63,325 nt of DNA, filler included, from Choristocarpus tenellus KU-1152 (GCA_964200185.2; 12 parts of 12 records of this genome joined end to end with filler, not necessarily neighbours in it), one strand, 5' to 3'; counted from the whole stretch's first letter, positions 12,580 to 26,432 are shown. Notes: generated by a model not told the origin, from the sequence alone. Made by a program: numbers and translations.

Positions 12580-13005
12580 TATTTTCTTTCTCCCACATGC
12601 ACACATTCTCCCACCCTTGTTATGATAGATCCATAACCTGTCCGCATCAAAAAGTGTACCTTGATGGAGGGTGACAACTGAACCACTCGGACCTGTTCTT
12701 GTAGATCTCGAGAAAGCAGATTGTGACATTTCATTGAGGTTACCTAGAGCAAATGCTTCCATCACATATTTGATTTTCAATCTGTATGGTGGACTACTGA
12801 CAACCCAGTCAGGTTCAGCAGTGTTAAGGTCCAAAATTATTTGGCAAATTCGTCCAGTCCAGGCTCTAGGTCCAAGTCTCCCTGCAAACCCTATACCCAG
12901 CGCGAAATAAACCCATGCGAAAGTACCGCAAACATGCTGAAGTGTACTGGGGAACCCCCCGGTCTTTGGAAACTACTCCTGTGCCGGAGAACCACCTGCT
13001 GTCAT
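12580..13005 (-). pseudogene. Frameshifted phage/virus-type amino (N6A/N4C) DNA methyltransferase relic
   Basis: Reading across frameshifts gives motif-I-like WFSGTG (or MFA-GT), LFRAGYRV, GDLD, LDLNTAEPDWVVSSPPY (motif IV at 12784-12798), TICFLEIYKNRSEWFSCHPPSRYTF and CMWEK. Motif order and spacing match small phage MTases (DxIITNPPY...LxFLExxxRxxWFxxxPPxR...WFVWEK). Confidence 0.65.
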
Positions 13006-13812
13006 ACTTTTTTCACTTCTTCAAAACAAGCTTAGGGTTATATTTCACACACAGATTAGGGTTAGTGTTAGGATGAGATTTTCGAAAAAGTTTATGAAAA
13101 AGTGGAGGGTGGTGGGGATCCTTGAGAGGTGGTGGTTCCACGGTGCACAATGTATTGGTGTACCACCTCTTCAAGAGGGTTTTCTTGGCTGTTTTCACAC
13201 ACAAGTTAGGGTTGGGGCTAGGGTTAAGAAAAGGGGAAAGTATTCTAGTGGTGGTTCTGGAAGACAGGGGGCTTCCCCTGTGCACTGCAACTTTTCCTAT
13301 ACTAGCCATTTCCGCTCCGCAGGAAGGTGTTTTGGCATGCATATCTCACATATTTTTGTGCACAACAGCATTCAATCACACTCTAATATTAAAAATATCC
13401 CCTACCCGAAACTCCTGTCTACATGGTACATGGAATATCACTAATTATTTCGAAAAGGGTTGCCTTCACACGTTTTCAACAACATTTCGGTCGAAGCTGT
13501 ACAGCGTTTCGTAACCTTCAGATCTTTTCAAGAATCATTTTCGGGTTGTACTTATCTTCATATTACCAAGCCCAAGTACACATTGCAACGGGAGATAAAG
13601 CCATGAATGGCTTAATATACAACACCTACATGCCCTAGTGGACTTGACGGTGTGGGGGGAAGTTCTGTACAGGTGAAGCAAGTCGCTTCGCAAGTAGAGG
13701 GTGTCAATGCGGGTAGACTTGAGCAAAGTTGTACGATGACCGTCATCCAACCACCATTTTCTAACTAGTTCGTGATAACAACTTAGCCTTATGTCGTCAT
13801 GTTAGTACAAAA

Positions 13813-13865
13813 GAGCCAAAGTATCTTAGAGGGTACAGCCGCGTCCATTTGGGGGCCGAAGTCCA
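13813..13865. mobile_element. MITE terminus truncated by the contig end; similar edge-truncated copies at about 19860-19887, 24574-24628, 24729-24864, 27571-27638, 31170-31238 and 60390-60488
   Basis: The terminus gagccaaagtatcttagaggg... is shared with the complete copies. Confidence 0.8.
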
Positions 13866-14252
13866 NNNNNNNNNNNNNNNNNNNNNNNNNNNNNNNNNNN
13901 NNNNNNNNNTTAATTAATTAANNNNNNNNNNNNNNNNNNNNNNNNNNNNNNNNNNNNNNNNNNNNCCCCCCAGCCCCCATACACAATCTCGTCCTGCCTG
14001 GAATCCCTTGCATGTCAGCCACTACAAAAAAAGGGTATCGGTTGCCCTGAACCATGATACATCTCTCATATCAATTTAAGATTAAAAAAAGCACCTCATA
14101 CGGTTCCGACAATTGACAACAGAACCTTTCTTTCCCACCGAAAACCAATCATCATTGACAAGCAGAAAAATGAAACGCTACCTTTTCTGATTTGCCAATT
14201 TTCATCCACTGTTCAACACGTCAGTTTCATCAGTAAGGTGAGATTCATAGCG

Positions 14253-14410
14253 CCACAGATCAAGGAAAAATCAATCTCTACCACGTAATCTTACTTTAAA
14301 ATGGACCACAGATCAAGGAAAAATCAATCTCTACCATGCAATCATACGTAAAATGGACCACAGATCAAGGAAAAATCAATCTCTACCATGCAATCATACG
14401 TAAAATGGAC
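14253..14410. repeat. 52-53-bp minisatellite, 3 copies
   Basis: The unit CCACAGATCAAGGAAAAATCAATCTCTACCA...AAAATGGA starts at 14253, 14306 and 14358. Confidence 0.92.
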
Positions 14411-15028
14411 AAAAGAGGGAAATATTTTGGGAACTAGGATCATCAACAAATAATAATAATTTTTGTCTTCAAAATAAGAAGGCATCATAATCTGTTCACC
14501 TCAAAGTATAAACTAATCCAGAGTAATAACAGGAGCAATAAAGAGAAATTTCCTTTCCCTTCAAAAAGAACATCATTGTTAAAAAAGATGGTGCTGGTTT
14601 TGCTGTGACCCGTCAGAAAAACTGGGCCACACATAGCGATGAAGCTGTTGAAGAGAAGACTATGTTGTGTAAGAGCTATTATACCGTTAACCATCAAGTA
14701 CAGTCGATTGCACACCTTGAGACAGTCTCGCCGACCAAGCCGGCACAAAATTTGAAACTTCCAACCCTAATCAACTCTTATCGAACCAAGGATTAGAATG
14801 CGCACCAAAGGCGGCAGCACACGCGTGCATTTCAAGTTGCATTGATATAGCATCACGACGCAACCTTGCCAGAGAGGTGCACAACAACGCAGCATTCCAT
14901 CTACTTTTGCAATCACATTCACTCTTCTGCAATCACACTAACCCCTCCATCCTAAGCTACACCATCGCCACCTAGCTCAAACCACCCCGATCCACTAGAG
15001 TAGCGAGAAACACCTCATACTGTCTCAC

Positions 15029-15458
15029 CATTCCCAGTTTCTCATCCCTTGTCTCCACATGGCCCCCTGCCATGAGCCAAGCTCTCACTGCCGCAACATC
15101 CCCAGCCTGTGCTGCCTCCACCAACCCATACATCATGCCATCAGTCTCCGCCCCAAGCTCCTTGAGCTCCCCGGTCCCTGCCCCCACCTCCAAAGCACCT
15201 ATTGGCTCAGAAGTTCCTGAAAGAGGCCTGGTTTGGTCAGAGAGCTGTTCAACTTGTGTCGAGTCGCTATCGCCACGACTGCTGCTTTCATTGTTGCTGT
15301 CACATTTCACAAGCAGGGTTCCCTCCAACACAGCGGGTTGAGAGGAGCCGGACTCGGTGCTGAGATGCGATTTGCCACTCTCAGGGTTGCTTTGTGCTGC
15401 CGTTGTCACCGATGCCGATGAAGAAGAGACCAAGCGCACAGGGACACAGGACAAGTAG
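15029..15458 (-). CDS. Exon of an ankyrin-repeat-containing protein (partial gene)
   Basis: A Ser/Gly-rich low-complexity stretch ends in GLVEAAQAGDVAAVRAWLMAGGHVETRDEKLGM, a typical ankyrin N-cap repeat, followed by a GTGAGA donor. The CAG acceptor at 15459-15460 is phase-compatible with an upstream ORF (15511-15791) via a 52-nt intron. Other exons were not resolved. Confidence 0.6.
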
Positions 15459-17800
15459 CTGAGCACAAAGAGGCAGTTGGTTGTGACAAGGTGAAGGAGA
15501 GAGAATTTACATTGCATCTTGACTAAGCATTCCAGGGTGCTTGACGACAACGATCTTGGGGGAACGATTCACACAGCCTCTTGTCTGAATACCAGAAATA
15601 TCCAATGCTGTAACATTTCCAAGCCTGAGGTAGGGGCTGCTTAAGGACAGTATGAGATGTGGTGAGATGAGGGTATCAGGGAGGTGCACAGCCTCCTGCT
15701 GTCCAACCCTACATCTATTTTTTGCTATGTCCACTGAGGGAAAGGAAGATGCATCTGGGAACTCAACGCCCACATAGCTTGGGCCAATCAAACTGAGATC
15801 AAGAGAGCACTTTGTTTGGCCTTAGGTGGGGTGCCAAAAACTAAGATCCACAATGAAGGCAGTTCCAATCTCAATGATATGGGCGACTTCCTTTTATGTA
15901 TCATGAACATTCACACACTGTAGAGATGTATCTACTCAACTAGTGGGGGGTGCTACACCTTGATACACCACACTGAACACCATGCCAAGGTGATACGAAT
16001 TCGTAGCCAAGGAAACACTCCAATGAAACAGCCCAGGAATTCCTTGTCCCCTAACCAGTCATAACTTGAAAACCAGTACACACATATGATACTAATTGAA
16101 ACAGTCTATAAGCAGGTCAATGTGCAAAAAATTGAGTCAACCCATATTAAGTGATACCAAACTTCCGCAGACGTTAGGAACCTAGAAACATGAAGGCATT
16201 ACGTTCGATCCATAAACCACCTCCTCATCCCCCTGACTGACTACACTCAACTACGTGGTCATTGCTCACAGATCCATTGCACACGCTTCTTCTTTGCAGT
16301 GTGTATCTCACCATTGACTGCGCTCATAGTGGTACTGACGACCTTGTACTCGTGTAGCTCGAGATTTCTTGAACCTAATGGATGAAAGGATTCAATCCCC
16401 TCACCCTTCCCATTTTGCTTCTGCCCATTATTTCCATTATTCACGCCCCTGACAGCCTCCACATCCTCAATCTTCCCTCCACCGTCATCAAGGTGGTGCA
16501 GGATAGGGGACACCTCTGTGCACACCATGGGACCAATAAGAGGGTTGTGTGATACAGATTCTTACAGCGTCGCCCCAGTGACCTGTGTTAATGTGTCTCG
16601 TAAACGCTCCCGCGGTACACGGATGTGACTGTCACAAAAGTCCAAGGGTAAGCGTCAGGGCAACGATAATCTTCTGCGTGATCTTCAGACAGGGGATAAA
16701 GTCCAGATCGTAACTGCGCCTAAGATTGGCACGGGACGACAAAGTCGAGGTCGGTGTACGTCAGGGTATGATACTCACGTCGAACCACCCAGCTCAATGA
16801 GCACACTGCTGCACCCATGGCCTTGAATTGGGTACCCTCATCACAGGTTCAAGTTGTCATTTGCAAGATGACATGCAGTGCTCATACTTGAACTAGGGTG
16901 TATTCCACATGCGTGTGTTGTACTCTTAACAAGAAAAAGTGTCAATCGACAACTTTCTGCACTTCTCACAGCTGATAGTAAGATATACCACAACATTCAT
17001 TACTCATCACGCGCATCAGTTATCTTATGTGTGTTCCTATTCATCACCCTGGATAACCACATCACTGTACCACCCATTCCTTGTTATTAATTTTCGAAAT
17101 ACAATAAAAGTCACCTGTGCAAACCAACAAATTTCAGGTACTTTTTGTACAGCTGTATCACACCAGTTGGGAATAGGATACTGTCTGTGAACAATCTCAT
17201 CTGGAAGGGGAGGAAATAATAACCAGCATAAAGAACGCTAGTAATTGTGACTATTACCAAACTCTCAATATGCGTATCCTGCACGAATCCGCCTTCCTTT
17301 CCTCGCCCTCCACACCCGCAGCGTCAGGTTGTCTGTAACAGGTTCAGTCTAACCAGCTTCTTGCTTCGTTTCTGAGGGTGTAGCGACAGAAAATCTAGCA
17401 ATGGGCGGAGGAGCCAACATGTAGGAGAGTGATAGTAATTTTCTGAAGTCTTGAACTTACTATATCACCATGTTTTGAATGCCCATTATTCTTGTATGAC
17501 ATGCCGTGCAATTGTTGAGATCAAATTATACGCGAGTATTTCCCACACACACGATAACTTCCAATTAACTTAATATTCATTCAAAGAACACAAAAACGCC
17601 AATTTAGGTGGATATGAATGGATGTGATTGGATAGAGGTTTCAACTGACTTGAAGTTCATGAAATATTTCCACTCGGTTCCATTTTGTACCAAACGTTCA
17701 TTTCACAACTGTTATTTTCTGTTACTCACAATTTCTGGATTATTCTTTTCTTACCATTACACCCATTCTACTCGTCCTCCCCCAATTGTAACACCACTAG

Positions 17801-18020
17801 TGACCAACCAGTGTGACCCACCTTCGTCACTGATTTCCAGTCACCAACCATATTCGACGACCAACCAGTGCAACCCACCTTCGCCACTGATTTCCAGTCA
17901 CCAACCGTATCTTATGACCAACCAGTACAACCCACCTTCGCCACTGATTTCCAGTCACCACCCATATCTTATGATAACCAATGCAACCAATCTTACCACG
18001 AACTTCCAGTCACCAACCAG
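17801..18020. repeat. 57-bp minisatellite, about 3.5 copies
   Basis: The unit TGACCAACCAGTGCAACCCACCTTCGCCACTGATTTCCAGTCACCAACC... shows up as a 19-aa repeat in ORF 17608-18117. Confidence 0.88.
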
Positions 18021-18502
18021 TGTGGCCAATTTATGTGAATCGATCCACCTTCCTCCAAACCACTTCCACCACTTTCCACTCCACCACACCATTCAACATC
18101 ACTTCACAATCATCTAAGAATACCCCTTCATCATCCGCTTCAATACCTTGCCTTTGAACTAGAAGACATCTACCCCACCTGAACTTGAACCTCCCCCCTT
18201 TCCCCAGCATCCCAGTCAGTTGTAAGCAATGGAAAGGGTGGGTAGGGAAGATTGCTTGGAGGTTGCCTTGTTCTAGTCGTGCTTGTCCTGCACCGCCAAC
18301 CTCAGGTTTGACTCTTGTTTTATCCCATTCCTTCCTACCTCATGTCCCCACCTACCACCTATTTCACCTCCTCTCCTACCTCTTCTGCCTCCTAGTCACC
18401 CAGTACTTAACTCTTTGTCCACCTTCTCAATGTTGTTCATCTTACTCTTATCAACATTTTGTTACCCATACGTCGTCTCTCCACAAATTCTCCCACCAGG
18501 AA

Positions 18503-18678
18503 TGCTCAAAGTATCTGGGGGCGAGGTGGCAGCTGTCCATATGGGGCCCATTTTTCCATGTTACGGTTTTTGGGTGATTTGGTTGCATGCGTCAGATGGA
18601 TGATGTAAGTGCACTTTTCCTGGTCATGGCCCGAATGGACACCGCGATGTAGACCCCCCCCCCGAGATACTTTGACCC
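18503..18678. mobile_element. Sola2-like MITE (about 175-bp subfamily) with TSD GGAA
   Basis: The ends tgctcaaagtatctgggg and cccgagatactttgaccc are flanked by GGAA at 18499-18502 and 18679-18682. An inverted homolog lies at 26258-26432. Confidence 0.85.
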
Positions 18679-19842
18679 GGAAACTCGGATTACTTCATAA
18701 ATTTCCGCGTTATCTCCTTCATATATTTAGCGTTTTATTATTTTCACCATCCATGAAAAACTCTCCTATTACAGAATAGCTTTGAGGAACACCTCCAGTG
18801 GCACATCTCAGGTTGAGAGTGTTACAAAAAACATTTTTCCTCTTTATGGAGTCCAAGAGACACCTCTGGTGGCACATATTAGATTCCGAGCTTCACTAAC
18901 AGTCTTTTTCTGGTTTCCGAGTCCCAGGAAACCTCCAGTGGCACATCTCTGGTCGAGTGTCTTTCCGACAGTCCACGTCTTGACTCACTGATGCTGATCA
19001 TCCGTACACTCTTTGTCTCAGGTATTGCCATTATCTGCATGGACTTTTTCTCCCACCAAATGTCAGAACAACCATGGATTGTTGGTTTCAGTTCTGGTCA
19101 GAATCTCCTTGGATTCTCTGTCTCTGTCTCAGATCCTCTTGAGTGATTATGGTCTCCTTGACACCCTCTTAAGTAATTTCCGTTTCTTTGATGTCATCAT
19201 AAGCGAGTCTCATTGGTTGGGTTGTGCTACAAACTGTCAACTCAAGGGTCAGAGTTGAGTTGGATCTGCTCTATTTCTTCTGCCTGGTTTGTCTGCAAAC
19301 ACCCTTTTTATAGAGCTATGCGCACTGTCTTGACGTTACCTTGATCATCCATATCGACATATGTCACATCCTTTTTCACCTTGATCCTGTCCCTTTCCAT
19401 CTCACCACTCTCCCATCAACACAACCCAGTGACTGTCATTGCCAACCACTTTCAGACATCCAAGCCATTCGCATTGCGGGCAGGACTCCGATTTTTGGGT
19501 GTACCAGGTTTCCTAGGGCGAGGGAGTGCTAGGTGGAGGGATGTCCAAGAAGGAGCCAAGATCCCCCCTGTGCCTGTTACAATAAACGGGTCTCCAGGCG
19601 ATCAGATCGATTCCCTGAGGGCTGTCCTCGAGGGTGGGGGAGAACCATATATGGAGTCCGGCCCATCAGTTTATATGGGGGGGNNNNNNNNNNNNNNNNN
19701 NNNNNNNNNNNNNNNNNNNNNNNNNNNTTAATTAATTAANNNNNNNNNNNNNNNNNNNNNNNNNNNNNNNNNNNNNNNNNNNNCCCCAATATATCCACCA
19801 AAAAACAAAAAAACCCCAAAGAAAAAAAATCAACCCCAACAT

Positions 19843-19873
<31 letters not shown>

Positions 19874-19934
19874 AGATACTTTGAGCCATTTGGTCACCAA
19901 GCTAGACTGGTGCCTAGAACATCGGGAGGGACGA

Positions 19935-19969
<35 letters not shown>

Positions 19970-20084
19970 CCATTGTACTCATAAGTATCTATCGACTTAC
20001 TCCGATGTACCCAGGGGATACCTTCAACTCAGTCAATAGTGCACGATTTGGTAATACTGATGGGACTACAATGTGTATCGATGA

Positions 20085-20250
20085 TCTCCTTATCTATCTC
20101 CTTATCTATCACTCAACGCTGCTATCTCCTTATCTATCTATCTCCTTATCTATCTATCTCCTTATCTATCTATCTCCTTATCTATCTCCTTATCTATCTA
20201 TCTATCTCCTTATCTATCTCCTTATCTATCTATCTATCTCCTTATCTATC
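20085..20250. repeat. Compound microsatellite (CTAT)n/(CTATCTCCTTAT)n
   Basis: Directly visible in the sequence. Confidence 0.95.
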
Positions 20251-23200
20251 TTGTTGAATGCTCTTACTCGATTGGTTAGCTACTCCAAACCGTGTTTTCG
20301 GAGCTCCACCAGTGGTGCTCCTGTTTGCGTCCCATCGCCTATATTGTTAGCAAAGCTCGTAGCAAGGGCTGTGTGTTTACTGTGGCAGCTTGTAGGTGTC
20401 ATGGCTATCGTAGCTCTTTGTTCCGTCTTATGAAAGGAGAGCGACTTTTTGGATCAAAAACGCCTTCTTAAGGTGTGTCACACCGTATTTAGTTTAGAGA
20501 CACCAAACGAACACTAGGAATAGTGACAATAACACGCCTCCACCGTCTTGCATGGAAACCTCCGATCGGTGCAAGTGGTGCAGTTTAGGGAAAACAGAGA
20601 ATTAAGTATATGACCTCCGCCAAGAGGAGCCCCCCCACACACACACACACACAGTGCAGGGTATTTTTTCTATTTTTTTGTTCCTCGGATGATGGTTCAA
20701 CACTGTACTCATGTTTTGTTTTTTCATTGGAGAAAAAAAAGAAAGAAAAATGCTTCATGTGTTTAGGACACGAGGCCTTCAATTCAGAAATACATTATCT
20801 CGATATGAGGTGAAGTTCAATCACAATGGAAGTTCATCAAACTTTGGTTCATACCCTCGCTACCTAATCCCCACCCACCCACCCCCCCTACCGCTGTCCA
20901 TTGTTGCTTCTTTTTTTTCCTGGTTATTTTGATGGGCAGGCGGTGGCTCGTGATCAAGAGGCCTATCAGTACTTGGTGGAGAGCATACGCATGTTTCCAA
21001 GGTGTTTTAATCATGTTTTTTTTTAAATCACAGTTTTGAAATGTCTTTTTTTCAATTTTCTCTTTTTATCGTAGTGGGGGGGGCGTATGAGATAAAAATA
21101 GTAGTAAGAATAATAATATATAAATGATCACCAGTACACAATGAGAAATATAAAGATGGGAGAGAAACTGTTCTATATTTTGTTTGCAATTTTTTATTAC
21201 TATTGTAAGAAGAATAATATAAAATAGAAATGGCAAAAGAGAAAATATTCTACTGCTGTAGGTGGGGGGAAACAAATGGCAAAACAGAAACCGCTTTCAC
21301 ACTACCACACTACTTGCTTTTTTTTGCTTTTTTTAAATTCTCCTTGAGGTGGGTCCATTGAGCTTATCTGCTCCACCGCTGCTGACTGTATCATTCACCA
21401 TTCTGTACCGGGCGAGGATCACTCCCCAGAAAAAAAGGGGGAGGGGGGAGGGGGGAGGGGGTGGGGGGTTCACCATGGGATGAAAGAATATTGTGCTTAA
21501 AATAAAATAAAAACTGCACCGAAGATTGGTGATGGTGCTTCTCTTCTGCCCTTGAGAACTGGTCGCTTTATTACAGGTTGAAAAAAAGTAAATCATTTCC
21601 TTCTTTTTTTTCTCTTTCCCCTACTCTATTTTTTTGTATGCAAAGATAATGCAAAGATAATCGATCGGGGGAAATTTTGTGCATGTTTGTAGAGACCGGG
21701 GATGCGTTTGTAGATATATTTTTTTTCCCCAAAAATGAATTATCATACGGTCTATTTCTTGTCATGAAGAATGTATGAGCTAGATATTCGTTGTCCAACG
21801 AATGCTAAGATATATATGTGTGTGTTTTGTTCTGGGGACGGCGTAAGGTACGGCATGCGAGGGTACTCCTTGCACCTATCTCTGTTGTTGACAATATAGT
21901 GACAAATGATGTTGCCATTCCACACCAATGTACGGACACCTATATTTAGTAAATATTTTAAAATTAAAAGGTACAGATGAAGGCATTGAAAGATGAAAAG
22001 AGTCCCGTGACAAGGACCGCCAAATGTCCCGCGTTCTCGCCCTGCATTCTCGCGGGACTGCATCTCTCCCTATCTCTCTCTCTCTCTCTCTTATCTTATA
22101 CCATTGTTGTGTTTCCTCCAACAAAAGTGTCTTAAGAGATGGGGCTGTTTCAAATGTGCCTTTAGGGCGCAAGACAAAAAAAATTCAAACGAACGGAGAG
22201 TTAGGTGGAAAACCAGTCACCTCCCTACTTGGTCGCCTTGGTCGCCGGCCACATCGAGGTTTTTGAAATCTCTGCAAGCGATATATCAGTCTTTGTCGTG
22301 CTCTTGTGGAGAAGAGATGCCACAATGTCCACCTAGCGCATGCATGCATGCATGTTTGTGTGTGTGTGTGTGTGTAGGAGAGGTTTATTTTCTGGGGGGA
22401 TAGCATGTATCGCTGTTAACTGAACGAAAAAGGTGCAAGCTACTCTATTATTATTGGTCGGTACGTTGGCAAATTTTAAAAGAAAAGAAAATAGAAACGG
22501 GCAGCAGCTCACGAAGGAGAGTGGCTGCTACAGTGCAATTCTATACCAGGGGGTAAAAAAAAAATTTAAAAACGCTAACAGAAATGCAAAACTTCCGACA
22601 CTTCTAATGGTTCCAATTATATGTTTGAGCCGAAGCATTAGAACGATTTCTTGACACGCATTCGTACGAAATGCCTATATTTACTCAAATTTGTCAGCAT
22701 CCTAAAAATACAACCGTGGGTACCTCTCGTTTTCTTTGGCTCTTTATGTATGTATATATATGTATGTATATGTATATGTATGTATGTATGTATATGTATG
22801 CGTATGTAACCGCCATTGATATCATGTCCCATACCGCTTCCATCCCACGGTCGATCTGCGTCTATTATTGCCTACCTATCGTGACCACCCCCCCTTGGGG
22901 TCGCTGAATGACATATTCCGACACCCGTCCAACCCCCTTTTCCGTTGATCACACGCAGTCAGGTGGAGCTCGAAGATCGCATGTCATCTGCCGGTTTTTC
23001 CATTGTGGGACATACGAACCTCACCGCAGGGGTGGTCGCAGTTCATTCGGGGTTCAAAATGCCGTTGTGTCAATGAGGGACACGGGTAGACTAGTTGGTT
23101 GGGGGTCGGTGGGGTCCGTTCCTGTCAGTGTTTTTTTTTTTTTCCGAATGTCAAGTACACAACATGAAATTTCTTTGTTTTTTTTGTTGTACGTAAGTGG

Positions 23201-24967
23201 TGTGAAACGTTGCCATTTTAACTCTTTGGAAGAGTACGTGGTTGCTGAGTGGTGAGTCATGCTAGCCGGAAGAGATGTCCTGCTGGGTTGCATTAAACAT
23301 ATTGCTGGAATGCCAAAGATGTCGTCTCTTTGTCCATCACAAAAAAAGGGCGTTCGCCCGATTGAGCTAATTTTTTGTTGTTGGTCTCTCTTCTGTAGTG
23401 ACGCATTTATTTGATTTGAGGGAACCTCAATTGTGCACCTTAAAATATGAAAATAGTGTGTACCATTGGACAGAGGCTAAAATATATCATGCAATGTGAA
23501 ACAGCCAAAGCGTACACCTCTTGGTTAGAATGACTCTGGTGCGATGGCGATATTTCCTATTCTTTGCTGAGCAGAGGTATAGAGGGTCCTTAGCTGGGGC
23601 ACAACAACGTAAAACCTGCCTGCCATACACACCAGATCTGTGCAGTTTAGGGGGGGGGGTGTACAGGGACAGCAGGGGAGAGGGTTAACGGTAAGAGTGC
23701 TCGGCTTGACTTTGATCCTTTTTGATATGATCGTATGTTGTGCTATCGAAGTAGGTGCCTATGTGCAGTGATCATACTGTCTGCATAGGGAGATGCTTGA
23801 AGTACTGTACACGCGAAACGTTGTTATTAGTACACATGAAGTATTATTTATGTACGTAGCAAGATAATGTGTGTAGTAAGACGATACATTAGTGATGTTG
23901 AAGAAATATTTTAGGAAATGTTTGTGTGTGTGATTTTGACCGGAAATGTTTCTATCACTAATACACCGAATTGTGTGAAGGCATTGTTATGGAGATTAGA
24001 ATGTAGCCCCCCTTTATGGATAGTTCTCAGTCTTCTCTTCGCCGTAAACTTAAAGCGCATTCTACGTCATTATGTTCTTGGTAAAGCATCACGCACATTG
24101 GGAGCATGCGAACACGTTTTAAAACGAACTATATCTTCTGCATAGTGCACTATGGACCAAAGGGTGTGTGTGTACCGCTTGATCTAAGGAGGCAGCAGAA
24201 GGAAGAGTCAGGGACGTCATGGCTTCAGGGGGTGACTGAGACAAAGCGGCAGAAATTGGGGAAGCTCTTCAAGTGAGAGGGTCAAGGCACAGCTAGGGGA
24301 GCATGTGGCCTTGACCGAACCAAATGTGTCGACCCAGCAAGTAGGGCAGGTCGCGATAGGGCATCCGGAACAACAGGAACAACATTTGCAATCACAAACC
24401 CAGCAGAGGATCAGGGGTTTGACATACAGATTGGAGGTACCCGTGTGGAGCGGGGAGATCGACGAGTGGGTTGCATGGAAAACTGGTTTTCCGAGCTTTT
24501 GTAGCGACAACCAGGACATCATGTGCGTTCAGCAGGGAGCTGAAGCATCTGCAGGAAGGAGCAGATCGAGGGAGAGTGAAAGTATCTTAGAGGGTATGAG
24601 TTTTTCCCTGTTTGTCCATTTGGGGCTTNNNNNNNNNNNNNNNNNNNNNNNNNNNNNNNNNNNNNNNNNNNNTTAATTAATTAANNNNNNNNNNNNNNNN
24701 NNNNNNNNNNNNNNNNNNNNNNNNNNNNCCCTTTTTTCGATTTTCACTTTTTGGTGTGATTTGGTCGCACGTGTCGGATTTGAAATGTCAGCAAAAAAAG
24801 AGTCGTTAGACCGAAACGGACGCCCCCTCACAAACCACCCTCCCCGCCCCAGATACTTTGACCCGTCGACGAAAATATCCTTGGCGAGGTCAAAGAGTGG
24901 GTGGGCGAACAAACGGGAAGAAAGGCTGTGGAGGCTTTTTTCCCGTCTAAGCCCCTATACTTTAAAC

Positions 24968-25040
24968 AAGTAGTAGTGCATCTGTTCCCACTCTTGGTGA
25001 CCGAAAATCCTGGGTTCGAATCCCAATAGGAGCACTCTTT
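24968..25040 (+). pseudogene. tRNA-derived relic or SINE head (T-arm and B box only)
   Basis: CCTGGGTTCGAATCCCAATAGGAGCA followed by a T-run resembles a T-arm plus a 3' acceptor strand. No matching 5' acceptor strand or clean anticodon arm was found. Confidence 0.45.
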
Positions 25041-26257
25041 CTTCAAAAAAAGAAAAAAATGGCGAAAAAGATAACGAAGCCCGTACTCTGGAGGGACTTG
25101 CGACGGGCATCACGAATACGCTTTTATTTTTTAATCAGATGTTTACATTAAAAGTTATGACGGGACAATCACAGAGGGCGAAGCTACTGCTACCACCATA
25201 GAAATTCGACTTTGCATCGATTCGTAGACTATATTTTTCATGATTTCCACATCTACTTGACTTTAGTGTGGCGGTATTGTTCAACTGTAGGTCAATTGAT
25301 GTATAATGAGTGTTGTGGACGGTTTTGTCTTCCTCACAAATTCTGGATTATTTAATTTTCCACTCTTAACCTCACATAAACTACACTCATCAACACGAAC
25401 CAAACCATTCCCTCCACACCCCACTAACGCTACACCACCACCTTGTTACCACACCAACCATGTGGTCAATTTCTGTGCATCCGCTCACATGACAAATGAG
25501 GCCAACTTCAGTTAGTGGTATGCACTCACACACATACCAACGCAGTCAATTTCTACCGATGGGAACTACTCACAATCCAATGCAATCAGTTTCCTCCACT
25601 GATATCCACTAATAATAAAAATGCGACCAATTTCTGCTATGCTCTAAACTCACATACCAATGCGGCCAATTTTCACCATTGAAAAACATTCACAGACCTA
25701 TGCAGTCAATTCCCACCAATGGTCTCCGCTTACAAACCAATACAAGAAAATTACGAGTGTATCCACTACCAAAATGCTCCACCCCTATCCACGATACTCC
25801 ACATCCCTCAGTAACACACCAAGACACTCCAAGGACTCCCGACAATTATGCAAAACACTCCAAAATCATCCACTCCCATTCTGGGCCTTTGAGCAGAAGG
25901 CATTCACCTAGCTAGAGCTTGACCTCCCCTCTGTGTCGATGTTGCATCTAGTTCCTACACACTACCTCTTACCACAGTCTCCAGTCTCCTACTCTCTGCT
26001 AACCCCTTAGACACTCACACTAGTGTTACAAAATGCTCCGCACGCTTACTATGATGGAATATGTAGCTCCAATTCATGAGCCTGTTCGCTGAAGACGAGG
26101 GTCACAAAGGGTGTCATAATAAAAATGCCATCAGACTCGCTGGATCTCTCACTTTGATTATTCACTTTATTGCTTTGACTGGGCTGCATCTATAGGACTG
26201 AAGATACATGGATGGGAAATACATGGCGTTATAATGACCAAATAATAAAGATGTAGT

Positions 26258-26432
26258 GATCCAAAGTATCTAGGGGGGTAAGGGTCTACACCAGGGTGTC
26301 CATTTGGTCCAAAATCAGGAAAAGTATATTTACATTCTCCATCCGACGTATGCAACCAAATAACCCAAAAGTCGCGACATGAAAAAATTGGCCCCAATGG
26401 ACAGCCGGCGCCCCCCCCAGATACGTTAAGCC
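26258..26432. mobile_element. Sola2-like MITE with TSD TAGT
   Basis: The ends gatccaaagtatctagggggg and ccccccagatacgttaagcc are flanked by TAGT at 26254-26257 and 26433-26436. Confidence 0.85.

Noticed and set aside
14253-14410. Conserved 30-bp block with intervening sequence, CRISPR-like at first sight
   Set aside because: The intervening parts are also near-identical, so it is a plain minisatellite.
21333-22290. Possible small minus-strand exons (about 21333-21402, 21520-21565, 22227-22270)
   Set aside because: The splice sites are plausible, but the frame is ambiguous and no protein family is recognisable.
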